Virus record (IMG/VR): IMGVR_UViG_3300025012_000027
Location: 152,116-216,115 of that record
Reading direction: 5' to 3' (one strand)
DNA length: 64,000 nucleotides
Shown here: piece after piece, positions 8,922-16,175 of the stretch
Layout: each line of letters begins with the position of its first letter
Numbering within the stretch: the first letter of the stretch is position 1
Position numbers and translations under genes: made by a program
The notes under the pieces: model-generated
The model's input: the letters and a program-made list of their open reading frames with translations, nothing else
What the model was told of the DNA's origin: nothing
Database searches by the model: none

Positions 8922-9016
8922 ACTTTATATGAGCATACTGGATTCGAACCAGTATTAGATACCTAGTTAAAGGTTTCAGCGCACCATTGCCGTCTCACTT
9001 GACGCTCATATAAAGT
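8922..9016 (-). ncRNA. tRNA-like element inside a 13-bp terminal stem
   Basis: ACTTTATATGAGC/GCTCATATAAAGT stem; T-arm ACTGG-TTCGAAT-CCAGT; no canonical anticodon arm or CCA. Confidence 0.5.
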
Positions 9017-9218
9017 TGTTTCTGCTATGTGTCTATTGTAACCCGATTTTAGCAGGAATCAACACATTGTCGGAATTCGTATTATTCGATCATTTGATGT
9101 TGTAATTCCGACAATAATTCCGACAATTTGTCGGAATCCAAATTACTGGAATGATCTGTGTGAAGGACTCTTACCGCGTCATTACTAAAGATCACCTAGT
9201 AGCCCTGATGATCAACGT

Positions 9219-9434
9219 TTACTTTTCGGCGCTTTCTTTCCGATTGATACTGATATGCGCATCTCCTCGATACAAGATTTGATTGATGATGATGATGAAC
9301 AATAGGGAATCTGGCCCACTAGCCGGTGTTCCCTTCACCTTTTCAAATACCTCATCTCGTAGCACCAACAACGATTTAACAATCTCGTCCGAATCTCTTA
9401 GCTGCTTGTCAGTCTGTACAGTATCGACGACCAT
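9219..9434 (-). CDS. hypothetical protein
   Basis: AGGAG SD and upstream TTGACG-18-TATAAT promoter. Confidence 0.65.
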   Translation of the reverse strand: MVVDTVQTDKQLRDSDEIVKSLLVLRDEVFEKVKGTPASGPDSLLFIIIINQILYRGDAHISINRKESAEK

Positions 9435-9496
9435 AATATGCTCCTAGTAAGCCTACATTATAACACCGTTTTTTACTAATCGTCAACACAATATAA

Positions 9497-9574
9497 TGGG
9501 ATGCGAGCGGTTGGATTCGAACCAACGACCACCAGCTTATGAGACTGGTAAGCTAACCACTGCTCTACGCCGCA
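9497..9574 (-). tRNA. tRNA-Met(CAT)
   Basis: CCAGT-CTCATAA-GCTGG arm; bulged acceptor stem. Confidence 0.8.
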
Positions 9575-9579
9575 ATATC

Positions 9580-9657
9580 TGGAATACCCGGTCAGATTTG
9601 AACTGACGACCTTACTGCTTTGCAGGCAGTTGCGTTAAACCACTCCGCCACAGGTAC
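9580..9657 (-). tRNA. tRNA-Cys(GCA)
   Basis: ACTGC-CTGCAAA-GCAGT; U73; CCA. Confidence 0.92.
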
Positions 9658-9664
9658 AAAATTT

Positions 9665-9738
9665 TGGTAGCATGGAATGGAGTCGAACCAATGTAGCAGC
9701 TTTATCAGAACTGAATTCTACCGTTGAATTACCATGCT
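9665..9738 (-). tRNA. tRNA-Ile(GAT)
   Basis: CAGTT-CTGATAA-AGCTG; CCA. Confidence 0.88.
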
Positions 9739-9889
9739 ATGGTCACCAGTTTTATGTCTTAGGACTATAGGACAGAGGTTGACTTATAATTTATGGTATC
9801 AAGTACCAAACACGAGTTAGTCAACACTCGCGATTCTTTTTGAAGTCCTGCTTGTCATTATCGTGCAGGGAACGCTGACATCTTCAAAA

Positions 9890-10243
9890 CTAGTATCTAA
9901 CTACGATAACGTCCAACTCTAACTCAGTTGCTTCGTCTATCATGTTCTTAGTACCCGTACTTTTACCATCCCAGAAAGCAATTAACGTATCAGCGTAGTT
10001 TGCCATTTGTCGATTGCGTATATGTCCGGCACCTTTTCCATATCGTATCCAATCTGCCGGGAACTTTTTCACCGGTTTCTCTATCAGAACTGCCAACTTT
10101 TCACCTAATGCATCAGCCCCTTTAGCGCAGCCAGATACAACCACATCTATATATTCACCAGCAGCATAAAACTTGATGACGGTCTCTAAAACTAGATTCC
10201 AGTCATTGAAATCTCGACCACCAGCAATAATGACTTTGCTCAT
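9890..10243 (-). CDS. SLOG/YspA-like (DUF2493) protein
   Basis: VIIAGGRDF, VSGCAKGAD, AGHIRNRQMA, FWDGKSTGT; start moved downstream of tRNA-Gly. Confidence 0.85.
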   Translation of the reverse strand: MSKVIIAGGRDFNDWNLVLETVIKFYAAGEYIDVVVSGCAKGADALGEKLAVLIEKPVKKFPADWIRYGKGAGHIRNRQMANYADTLIAFWDGKSTGTKNMIDEATELELDVIVVRY

Positions 10244-10260
10244 ATGATACCTTCTAATAC

Positions 10261-10335
10261 TGGAGCGAGTAGTCGGTAATGCTCCGACTCCTGAAGTTTG
10301 GAAGACTCCCACGCATCTATAAACGCTTTACTCGC
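10261..10335 (-). tRNA. tRNA-Gly(TCC), atypical T-loop
   Basis: GGAGT-CTTCCAA-ACTTC; U73; CCA. Confidence 0.8.
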
Positions 10336-10342
10336 TAAAACC

Positions 10343-10420
10343 TGGCGACTTGTATGGGATTCGAACCCATCTATCTCCACCGTGACAGGGTGGCGTCCAC
10401 GCCTAGCAGACTCACAAGCC
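10343..10420 (-). tRNA. tRNA-Asp(GTC)
   Basis: CCACC-CTGTCAC-GGTGG; G73; CCA. Confidence 0.9.
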
Positions 10421-10679
10421 TAAATCTGTGCAACACATCAATTGGGATTCTTACCCCAGTATTTCTCGACCGTACCTTACAGGCTAGGGCCGACGCAGTT
10501 AATCACTGCAAAGATGACCGAGTGCGCGGGATCATCTACTATTTACTCTTCGAGCCTCGCTACCCAAAGTATTCATACCCCGACAGGACTTTCACCTGTA
10601 ATATACACCTGCATCTCGGTGCCTTGCTTCTGCTAAAGCCGATCAGAGGAATTGCTCCGGCTAGTGACGAGGATTCATT

Positions 10680-10751
10680 TGGTGGACCTATGGGGTATCG
10701 AGCCCCAAGCATGGCATTGCAAGTGCCTTTCCCGTCCCATACGGTAAGCCC
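10680..10751 (-). tRNA. tRNA-Ala(TGC), short D-arm
   Basis: CTTGCAA loop; G3:U70; CCA. Confidence 0.82.
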
Positions 10752-10922
10752 AAATTCGTTTTATCTGACGGTACTGATAGTATCCTTTTCCTTCGCGCTT
10801 GTGCTACTACTACTACTAGCGGGCGCAAATTCCGATTTGTCAGCTTTCATTGAAGGAGCAACCCCTCGAAAGTGTTTCTCAGTTCGGGCAATACCTTCTA
10901 ATAAAACAACTTCTTATAAATA

Positions 10923-10996
10923 TGGTCAGAGTACTAGGAATCGAACCTAGGCCACAACGCCCCAAACGTCGCATGATACCATTTCACCACACTCTG
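10923..10996 (-). tRNA. tRNA-Pro(TGG)
   Basis: CGACG-TTTGGGG-CGTTG; CCA. Confidence 0.9.
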
Positions 10997-11281
10997 ATTA
11001 ACATTATAAAACATACCCATCTAAAAACGCTGCTACTAACCCAACACCCTACACGAGCACGATGAAGTGGGTCACGTGTTATCACTGACAGATATGTTTT
11101 AAAAATGACTCCTTACACCCGCTTGTGGCGACTGTAATCTCCCGATTGAGTGTGTAAACATCACCATGTAAGGAATCTGTCTATATAAATTTTTAATGAA
11201 CCGTCAAGTGTAACTCTATCATTGCCACTTATTAACTGCTACAAATGTATTATAACACACTTTCTGCAGTCGTCAACATAT

Positions 11282-11575
11282 TTACCAATAATAATTATAG
11301 GGCTTATGGCTAACCCCGGGTGGATCAACATCTTCTATGTCTCGATGCATCACCACTTTTTCCCAAGTTCTACCAGCCCTGCGCTGCGGACGATTCATTG
11401 TAATGCGGGTCCACCAACTTGGAGTTGTCATCCAATGATCTTCCGTATCAACCTCTTTACGACGCTTTGGCTTTGTTGTTGGTAGATCAATAAGACTACC
11501 ATTCAAATAAGCCATATCGTGAGTCCAACTGTATCCAGTTAGTTTGAGTGGGCGATCTTTATAAGTTCTCGACAT
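11282..11575 (-). CDS. conserved phage hypothetical protein
   Basis: 97-aa ORF with AGGAG SD. Confidence 0.7.
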   Translation of the reverse strand: MSRTYKDRPLKLTGYSWTHDMAYLNGSLIDLPTTKPKRRKEVDTEDHWMTTPSWWTRITMNRPQRRAGRTWEKVVMHRDIEDVDPPGVSHKPYNYYW

Positions 11576-11643
11576 GTAATATACTCCTGTAATAACTACA
11601 ATCGCATATATCCTCCTAAGTTATATCAAGTATTTCGTGTTCA

Positions 11644-11760
11644 TTAACAAAACGGCAGACCTTTTCCGCAGAAAATAAGATACATAGACGAATATGCCGC
11701 TACCCATAGAACTCCGGCGAGTATAACTAGTCCGCCGACGATTTTCAGAAAAGTTCCCAT
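11644..11760 (-). CDS. small membrane peptide (38 aa)
   Basis: AGGA SD; MGTFLKIVGGLVILAGVLWVAAYSSMYLIFCGKGLPFC. Confidence 0.5.
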   Translation of the reverse strand: MGTFLKIVGGLVILAGVLWVAAYSSMYLIFCGKGLPFC

Positions 11761-11776
11761 ATGTATCCTAAGTTAT

Positions 11777-11859
11777 TGGTGGGCCGCCCGAGATTCGAAC
11801 TCGGAAAAACCTGCGGTCTAAACGCAGTAGCTGTGCCAATTTGCATATGTCAGCGGCCC
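11777..11859 (-). tRNA. tRNA-Leu(TAG), atypical
   Basis: CTGCG-TTTAGAC-CGCAG; short variable loop; CCA. Confidence 0.8.
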
Positions 11860-11866
11860 ATTAATT

Positions 11867-11953
11867 TGGTGGTTGAGGTAAGGATCGAACTTACTTGTCT
11901 GTTAAAGACCAGAGGGTTACAGCCTCCTGCCCTACCATTAGAGCATCTCAACC
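11867..11953 (-). tRNA. tRNA-Tyr(GTA)
   Basis: GGAGG-CTGTAAC-CCTCT; long variable arm; CCA. Confidence 0.9.
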
Positions 11954-11974
11954 AAATTCTAAACTATCAATTTC

Positions 11975-12058
11975 TGGTGCGCAAGGTGGGATTCGAACCC
12001 ACAAGCTGTTAAGCGTCAGATTTTAAATCTGATGTGTAGACCGTTCCACCACTTGCGC
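11975..12058 (-). tRNA. tRNA-Leu(TAA)
   Basis: TCAGA-TTTAAAA-TCTGA; variable arm; CCA. Confidence 0.92.
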
Positions 12059-12130
12059 ACATCTTCTAAGTGTCTATTATAACATAGACTTTAGCAGACT
12101 AAACGTTTTTGTAAAATATATTTTACACTT

Positions 12131-12340
12131 TCAGTATGCTTCGGCATACGCATACCACGTTCCATCGAGCAGTTGCATCGCCGACCAACCAACTCTACGA
12201 TTGCCACATGTGCATCGACGAGATTCTCCATCCCATCCACCACATTCATCTTCACAATTTTGCCCGTCGAAATCAATCAACCCACCATCCATCGAATCTT
12301 TTTTAGCTTCAATAGCCGCTTCTTCAGTTAAGAATCCCAT
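12131..12340 (-). CDS. small Cys-containing hypothetical protein
   Basis: AGGAG SD, then MGFLTEE...CEDECGGWDGESRRCTCGNRRV. Confidence 0.7.
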   Translation of the reverse strand: MGFLTEEAAIEAKKDSMDGGLIDFDGQNCEDECGGWDGESRRCTCGNRRVGWSAMQLLDGTWYAYAEAY

Positions 12341-12360
12341 AATAGATCTCCTAATAAAAA

Positions 12361-12436
12361 TGGTAGTCTGTGTAAGAATCGAACTTACGACCTTCGCTGT
12401 GTAAAAGCGTTGCTCTACCAACTGAGCTAACAGACT
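12361..12436 (-). tRNA. tRNA-Val(TAC)
   Basis: TTTACAC loop; CCA. Confidence 0.9.
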
Positions 12437-12443
12437 AAATTGT

Positions 12444-12520
12444 TGGGGCGGCCGACGGAATTCGAATCCGCACGAACAGGAATCACAATCCTGGGCTCTA
12501 CCAATTGAGCTACAGCCGCC
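12444..12520 (-). tRNA. tRNA-His(GTG) with encoded G-1
   Basis: CAGGA-TTGTGAT-TCCTG; G-1:C73. Confidence 0.92.
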
Positions 12521-12583
12521 GTAGTATAACACATATCAAATCATTCGTGTCTAGCAGTGTTTAACCACGTCTATGACAATGTA

Positions 12584-12659
12584 TGGCATCCCGGGAAGGA
12601 GTCGAACCCTCAACCTTGAGCTTTGGAGGCCCCTGCGCTGCCAATTGCGCCACCGAGAT
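12584..12659 (-). tRNA. tRNA-Trp(CCA), G27:A43 mismatch
   Basis: GGGGC-CTCCAAA-GCTCA; G73; CCA. Confidence 0.9.
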
Positions 12660-12664
12660 ATAAT

Positions 12665-12739
12665 TGGTACCCTGTGGAGGAATCGAACCACCATATAAAC
12701 TTTAGGAAAATCTTGTCCTTTCCATTGAACGAACAGGGT
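12665..12739 (-). tRNA. tRNA-Arg(CCT)
   Basis: AGATT-TTCCTAA-AGTTT; CCA. Confidence 0.85.
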
Positions 12740-12741
12740 TC

Positions 12742-12829
12742 TGGCGGATAGTATAGGATTCGAACCTATGCGCCCCTTTCGGAACGACGGTTTAGCAAAC
12801 CGTTGCCTTGACCACTCGGCCAACTATCC
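12742..12829 (-). tRNA. tRNA-Ser(GCT)
   Basis: ACGGT-TTGCTAA-ACCGT; long variable arm. Confidence 0.93.
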
Positions 12830-12836
12830 TCGTCTC

Positions 12837-12912
12837 TGGTCCCGACAGTAGAACTCGAATCTACATCTAAGGCTTCGTAGGCCATTGTTCTATCCAGTTG
12901 AACTATGTCGAG
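12837..12912 (-). tRNA. tRNA-Arg(ACG)
   Basis: CTACGAA loop; CCA. Confidence 0.88.
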
Positions 12913-12918
12913 AAATTT

Positions 12919-13013
12919 TGGCTCCCCAGAGTGGCCTCGAACCACCATATTACGCCTCGCGGCCTTTACGTCTGATTAACAGTCAGGTCTCTTACCAATT
13001 AGAGTACCGGGGA
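12919..13013 (-). tRNA. tRNA-Asn(GTT) with unusually long variable arm
   Basis: CTGTTAA loop; G73; extra GCC-GCGA-GGC hairpin. Confidence 0.85.
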
Positions 13014-13073
13014 ATAATTTGTGCAATGCTTCTCATATTGCTTGAAGGTTTCACCCAACCTCTAAGAGTGATT

Positions 13074-13149
13074 TGGTTCCTAAGACTGGACTCGAACCAG
13101 TAACACTCGATTCTTCAGACCGATGCTCTACCATTGGAGCTACTTAGGA
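13074..13149 (-). tRNA. tRNA-Phe(GAA)
   Basis: TCGGT-CTGAAGA-ATCGA; CCA. Confidence 0.9.
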
Positions 13150-13157
13150 ATATTATA

Positions 13158-13234
13158 TGGTCAGTATGGCCGGCCTCGAACCGGCATATTCTTGTTTCCA
13201 AAACAAGTCGACGTCCACTTGTCACCACATACTG
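13158..13234 (-). tRNA. tRNA-Pro(TGG), second copy
   Basis: CTTGT-TTTGGAA-ACAAG; CCA. Confidence 0.82.
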
Positions 13235-13240
13235 TTAAAC

Positions 13241-13316
13241 TGGCGCCCTTAGCAAGGATTTGAACCCGCAACCTACTCCTTACAGGGGAGTTGCACTGCC
13301 GTTGTGCTATAAGGGC
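13241..13316 (-). tRNA. tRNA-Thr(TGT), C33
   Basis: ACTCC-CCTGTAA-GGAGT; CCA. Confidence 0.8.
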
Positions 13317-13325
13317 GAAAACTTT

Positions 13326-13417
13326 TGGCGGACGCCGGAGGAGTCGAACCCCATCCCATTTCTGAGAACCTGGTTTTCAAGGCCAGTCGCAGGACCATCC
13401 CCGCTGCATCAACGTCC
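13326..13417 (-). tRNA. tRNA-Ser(TGA)
   Basis: CTTGAAA loop; long variable arm; G73. Confidence 0.88.
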
Positions 13418-13427
13418 ATAATTCTTT

Positions 13428-13505
13428 TGGTGCCCAAGGAGAGATTCGAACTCTCAGGATAATAGATTTTGAATCTACCGACTCTACCAATTTGTCTACT
13501 TGGGC
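13428..13505 (-). tRNA. tRNA-Leu(CAA), short variable loop
   Basis: GTAGA-TTCAAAA-TCTAT; A73; CCA. Confidence 0.85.
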
Positions 13506-13507
13506 TT

Positions 13508-13585
13508 TGGCAGGGGAAGTGAGATTTGAACTCACGATGACGATTTCAAAGACCGTTGCCTTAGGCCGGACTAGGCGATTCCCCA
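13508..13585 (-). tRNA. tRNA-Gln(TTG)
   Basis: ACGGT-CTTTGAA-ATCGT; CCA. Confidence 0.88.
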
Positions 13586-13772
13586 ATAAATCATATTCAA
13601 GAACCCATAGTTAATTTGGAGGTTCTTGAATATGACACCATATGTCATATGCCCTTTATCGCCCATTGGTGTAGTCTGAAGAGTACTCGACTATCTTATC
13701 ATATATTCCGCAAAATATATGAGAGGGGTCTGGCGCTATTTATATACCCCGAATCCGGACGGGGTGTAATTA

Positions 13773-14459
13773 TTAAAACAACGACAATGCTTTGTCGACT
13801 TCAATCTTAAACCATTCACCGTTGCTGCGATCAGCAACTCCAGCAAATCTACCTAACAATTCTTTCTCATGTGACCGTCTATCATGCGTCCACTTAACCG
13901 TTATAAATGTAAACGCCTGGTGCGGATCGTTTGGAATATTGTATGCCCGCAATCTCTTCTCATAGTCTATAGTCATCCCAACCTTTATCCACCCAGGGAA
14001 GGATGGGTTAACAAGTAAGTAAACAAATCCCTCCAAAAACTTTACTTGCTCACCTCTAATTCTAATCTCGTCGCCATACTTTGCACGGATAGTTGCTAAT
14101 CGATCGCTAAGCGTTGGCACGATTCTCACCGGTGCTTTCACCGGCTGAGTGATATCAACGCTCACTGTACGACCAGCTATATATTCCGCCTGCATCAATT
14201 TTAAGGCATTTAGCATATCACTCGCTTGATCTTTAGGCAAATTAAAACGTTTCTTAATCTCAGAAACACTCATCTTCCTATGTCCGTAAATGAACCATTT
14301 CTTAGCCATCCACAATCTTTCCTCAAATTCCGACGGCGATACGCGTACAGCACAGACCACACGACGTTTCTTTGGTTTTGGCAAAGATCGACCGTACTTG
14401 GTTACTATTTCAAAATTTGTCTGTAGTCCTTTAATCGTTTCAAACTTGCGAGTTTTCAT
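13773..14459 (-). CDS. T5orf172/GIY-YIG-like endonuclease-domain protein
   Basis: GFVYLL...IKVGMT...KRL...GEWF motif. Confidence 0.8.
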   Translation of the reverse strand: MKTRKFETIKGLQTNFEIVTKYGRSLPKPKKRRVVCAVRVSPSEFEERLWMAKKWFIYGHRKMSVSEIKKRFNLPKDQASDMLNALKLMQAEYIAGRTVSVDITQPVKAPVRIVPTLSDRLATIRAKYGDEIRIRGEQVKFLEGFVYLLVNPSFPGWIKVGMTIDYEKRLRAYNIPNDPHQAFTFITVKWTHDRRSHEKELLGRFAGVADRSNGEWFKIEVDKALSLF

Positions 14460-14503
14460 ATTAACTATAGTATAACACAAAATTCTTCACTAAAACAAGA
14501 AAC

Positions 14504-14541
14504 AAGAAACCCCGAAAATTTTTACATCTTCGGGGTTTCTT
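14504..14541 (-). terminator. intrinsic terminator of the putative attenuator
   Basis: AAGAAACCCCGAA...TTCGGGGTTTCTT followed by GTTTCTTGTTTT on the minus strand. Confidence 0.8.
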
Positions 14542-14579
14542 AGATAATTCTTGTTTTTATTCTTATCTAAGATCCCCGA
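14530..14579 (-). promoter_or_regulatory. antiterminator helix overlapping the leader-peptide stop codon
   Basis: TCGGGGATCTTAGATAA pairs with TTATCTAAGAAACCCCGA, mutually exclusive with the terminator. Confidence 0.75.
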
Positions 14580-14680
14580 GTCCCTGGATTCAATGTTGCG
14601 CCATCAAAGCAATATTCATGCGACCAAATCTGGCGCAGCATGGGGGTGCTAGTTGAGAGGGATAACATTTGTTTATTCAT
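14567..14680 (-). CDS. putative attenuator leader peptide (37 aa) with near-maximal codon diversity
   Basis: MNKQMLSLSTSTPMLRQIWSHEYCFDGATLNPGTRGS*; 33 distinct codons; TAAATA late-promoter core about 10 nt upstream. Confidence 0.75.
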   Translation of the reverse strand: MNKQMLSLSTSTPMLRQIWSHEYCFDGATLNPGTRGS

Positions 14681-14708
14681 TATAACACTATTTACGGTGA
14701 GATTGATT

Positions 14709-14852
14709 TTACTCTGAAAAGTTTTGTTGGGTATCAAAAAGATCGCCAGTATAAAGATCCATATCTGGATCGGTATCGAATAACGTTTCTGTCATGGCCT
14801 CGGTTAAATGATCAAATTCTGGTACGGTGTCAGAGTCTAAAATGTGAATCAT
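14709..14852 (-). CDS. small highly acidic protein (47 aa)
   Basis: MIHILDSDTVPEFDHLTEAMTETLFDTDPDMDLYTGDLFDTQQNFSE; no Lys or Arg. Confidence 0.5.
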   Translation of the reverse strand: MIHILDSDTVPEFDHLTEAMTETLFDTDPDMDLYTGDLFDTQQNFSE

Positions 14853-14909
14853 ATAGTTGCTTAAATGCTTGTTTAGTTAGAGCTATTATACATTGTGCTG
14901 GAGAGTCTG

Positions 14910-15173
14910 TCAAGTCTTTTCAGAGATATTTTGATTTAAATCGTTGGCGGTTTTATATCGGTCGTATTTTCTATTCAATAGGTTTGAGTTGGCCGTGTCT
15001 CTGACGAGCCAGTTATCCGAAGCTGACAGCGTAGTCAGCTGTTCGTCGGATGCGTTTGTATTTTTAGCTACTATAAGCGCGACTTCGGATGATACGGATC
15101 CATCATCAACCAATTCATCGAGGTGATCTTTAGTACCATATTTAGCTAGAAATTGTTTTTGGCTTGAATTCAT
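14910..15173 (-). CDS. short LRV/HEAT-like repeat protein
   Basis: N-terminus (FLAKYGTK) paralogous to the adjacent gene. Confidence 0.7.
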   Translation of the reverse strand: MNSSQKQFLAKYGTKDHLDELVDDGSVSSEVALIVAKNTNASDEQLTTLSASDNWLVRDTANSNLLNRKYDRYKTANDLNQNISEKT

Positions 15174-15922
15174 AGTTTTCTACTCGCTAGATTCTCTTTC
15201 GCGACACGTCTAACATATCCGTGTTCATCATTAGCTAGTTTATCTAGATGTTCTTTCGAGGCATTTGGGTTACTGGCTACAGATTCTCTAACATACTCGC
15301 TTTTATCAGTAACCAGCTTGTCTAGATGATCTTTAGTTGCATTTGGACTGCTGGCCACCGACATTCTAACCACTTCTTCTTCATCATTAACCAGCTTGTC
15401 TAGATGATCTTTAGTTGCATTTGGACTGCTGGCCACCGACATTCTAACCACTTCTTCTTCATCATTACCCAGCTTGTCTAGATGCTCTTTCGAGGCGTTT
15501 ACATTCTTGGCTGCGGTTGCTCTAACCACTTCTTCATCATCATTAACCAGCTTGTCTAGATGCTCTTTAGTTGCATTTGGATTCTCGGCTACCGCACGTC
15601 TAACCCCTGCATCATCATCGTTAACCAGCTTGTCTAGATGCTCTTTCGAAGCAGTTGGGTTACTGGCTACCGCACGTCTAACATGCCAGTGTTCATCATT
15701 AGCTAGTTTATCTTGATGGACTTTAGTTGCATTTGGATTCTCGGCTACAGCTTCCCTAACATACTCGCTTTTATCGTTAACCAGCTTGTCTAGATGATCT
15801 TTCGAAGCAGTTTGACTTTTAGCTACCGCACATCTAACCTTCCAGTCTTTATCGCCGACCACTGTATCTTGATGGACTTTAGTACCGTACTTGGCTAGAA
15901 AAAGGTGTTGTTTATCATTCAT
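15170..15922 (-). CDS. leucine-rich-repeat-variant (LRV/HEAT-like) 24-aa repeat protein
   Basis: About 9 tandem VRxAVAxNPNAxKxHLDKLVND repeats (72-bp DNA repeats). Confidence 0.85.
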   Translation of the reverse strand: MNDKQHLFLAKYGTKVHQDTVVGDKDWKVRCAVAKSQTASKDHLDKLVNDKSEYVREAVAENPNATKVHQDKLANDEHWHVRRAVASNPTASKEHLDKLVNDDDAGVRRAVAENPNATKEHLDKLVNDDEEVVRATAAKNVNASKEHLDKLGNDEEEVVRMSVASSPNATKDHLDKLVNDEEEVVRMSVASSPNATKDHLDKLVTDKSEYVRESVASNPNASKEHLDKLANDEHGYVRRVAKENLASRKL

Positions 15923-16163
15923 AGTTCTTTACTAACACTTTCTTGAAGCAGTCGCATTCTGGATCTAGCACGGCGATATAATGATACCCGACAGGAGGTA
16001 TTGGTAATTGCTGTACAATTACTTGGGTAGGTGGCTCTTGTGCTCTGGATATTGCGTGTCCAACCACGCCGCTAATGATCATAGAAAGCGCCCAATACTG
16101 ATGACCATGCGCATAAGATGCCGATGAACTCAGGAGAATTAACGATGTGATTAGTTTCTTCAT
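15915..16163 (-). CDS. hypothetical secreted/membrane protein
   Basis: Signal-peptide-like N-terminus. Confidence 0.6.
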   Translation of the reverse strand: MKKLITSLILLSSSASYAHGHQYWALSMIISGVVGHAISRAQEPPTQVIVQQLPIPPVGYHYIAVLDPECDCFKKVLVKNYE

Positions 16164-16175
16164 GTGCGTATTATA

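Noticed and set aside
10354-13586. ORF-track calls across the tRNA array (e.g. 10354-10950, 12551-12823, 13377-13586)
   Set aside because: They overlap or are antisense to tRNA genes and lack protein motifs.
15170-15922. CRISPR-like or DGR-like DNA repeats
   Set aside because: The 72-bp repeats are in-frame protein repeats without spacers; no reverse transcriptase or cas gene is in the window.
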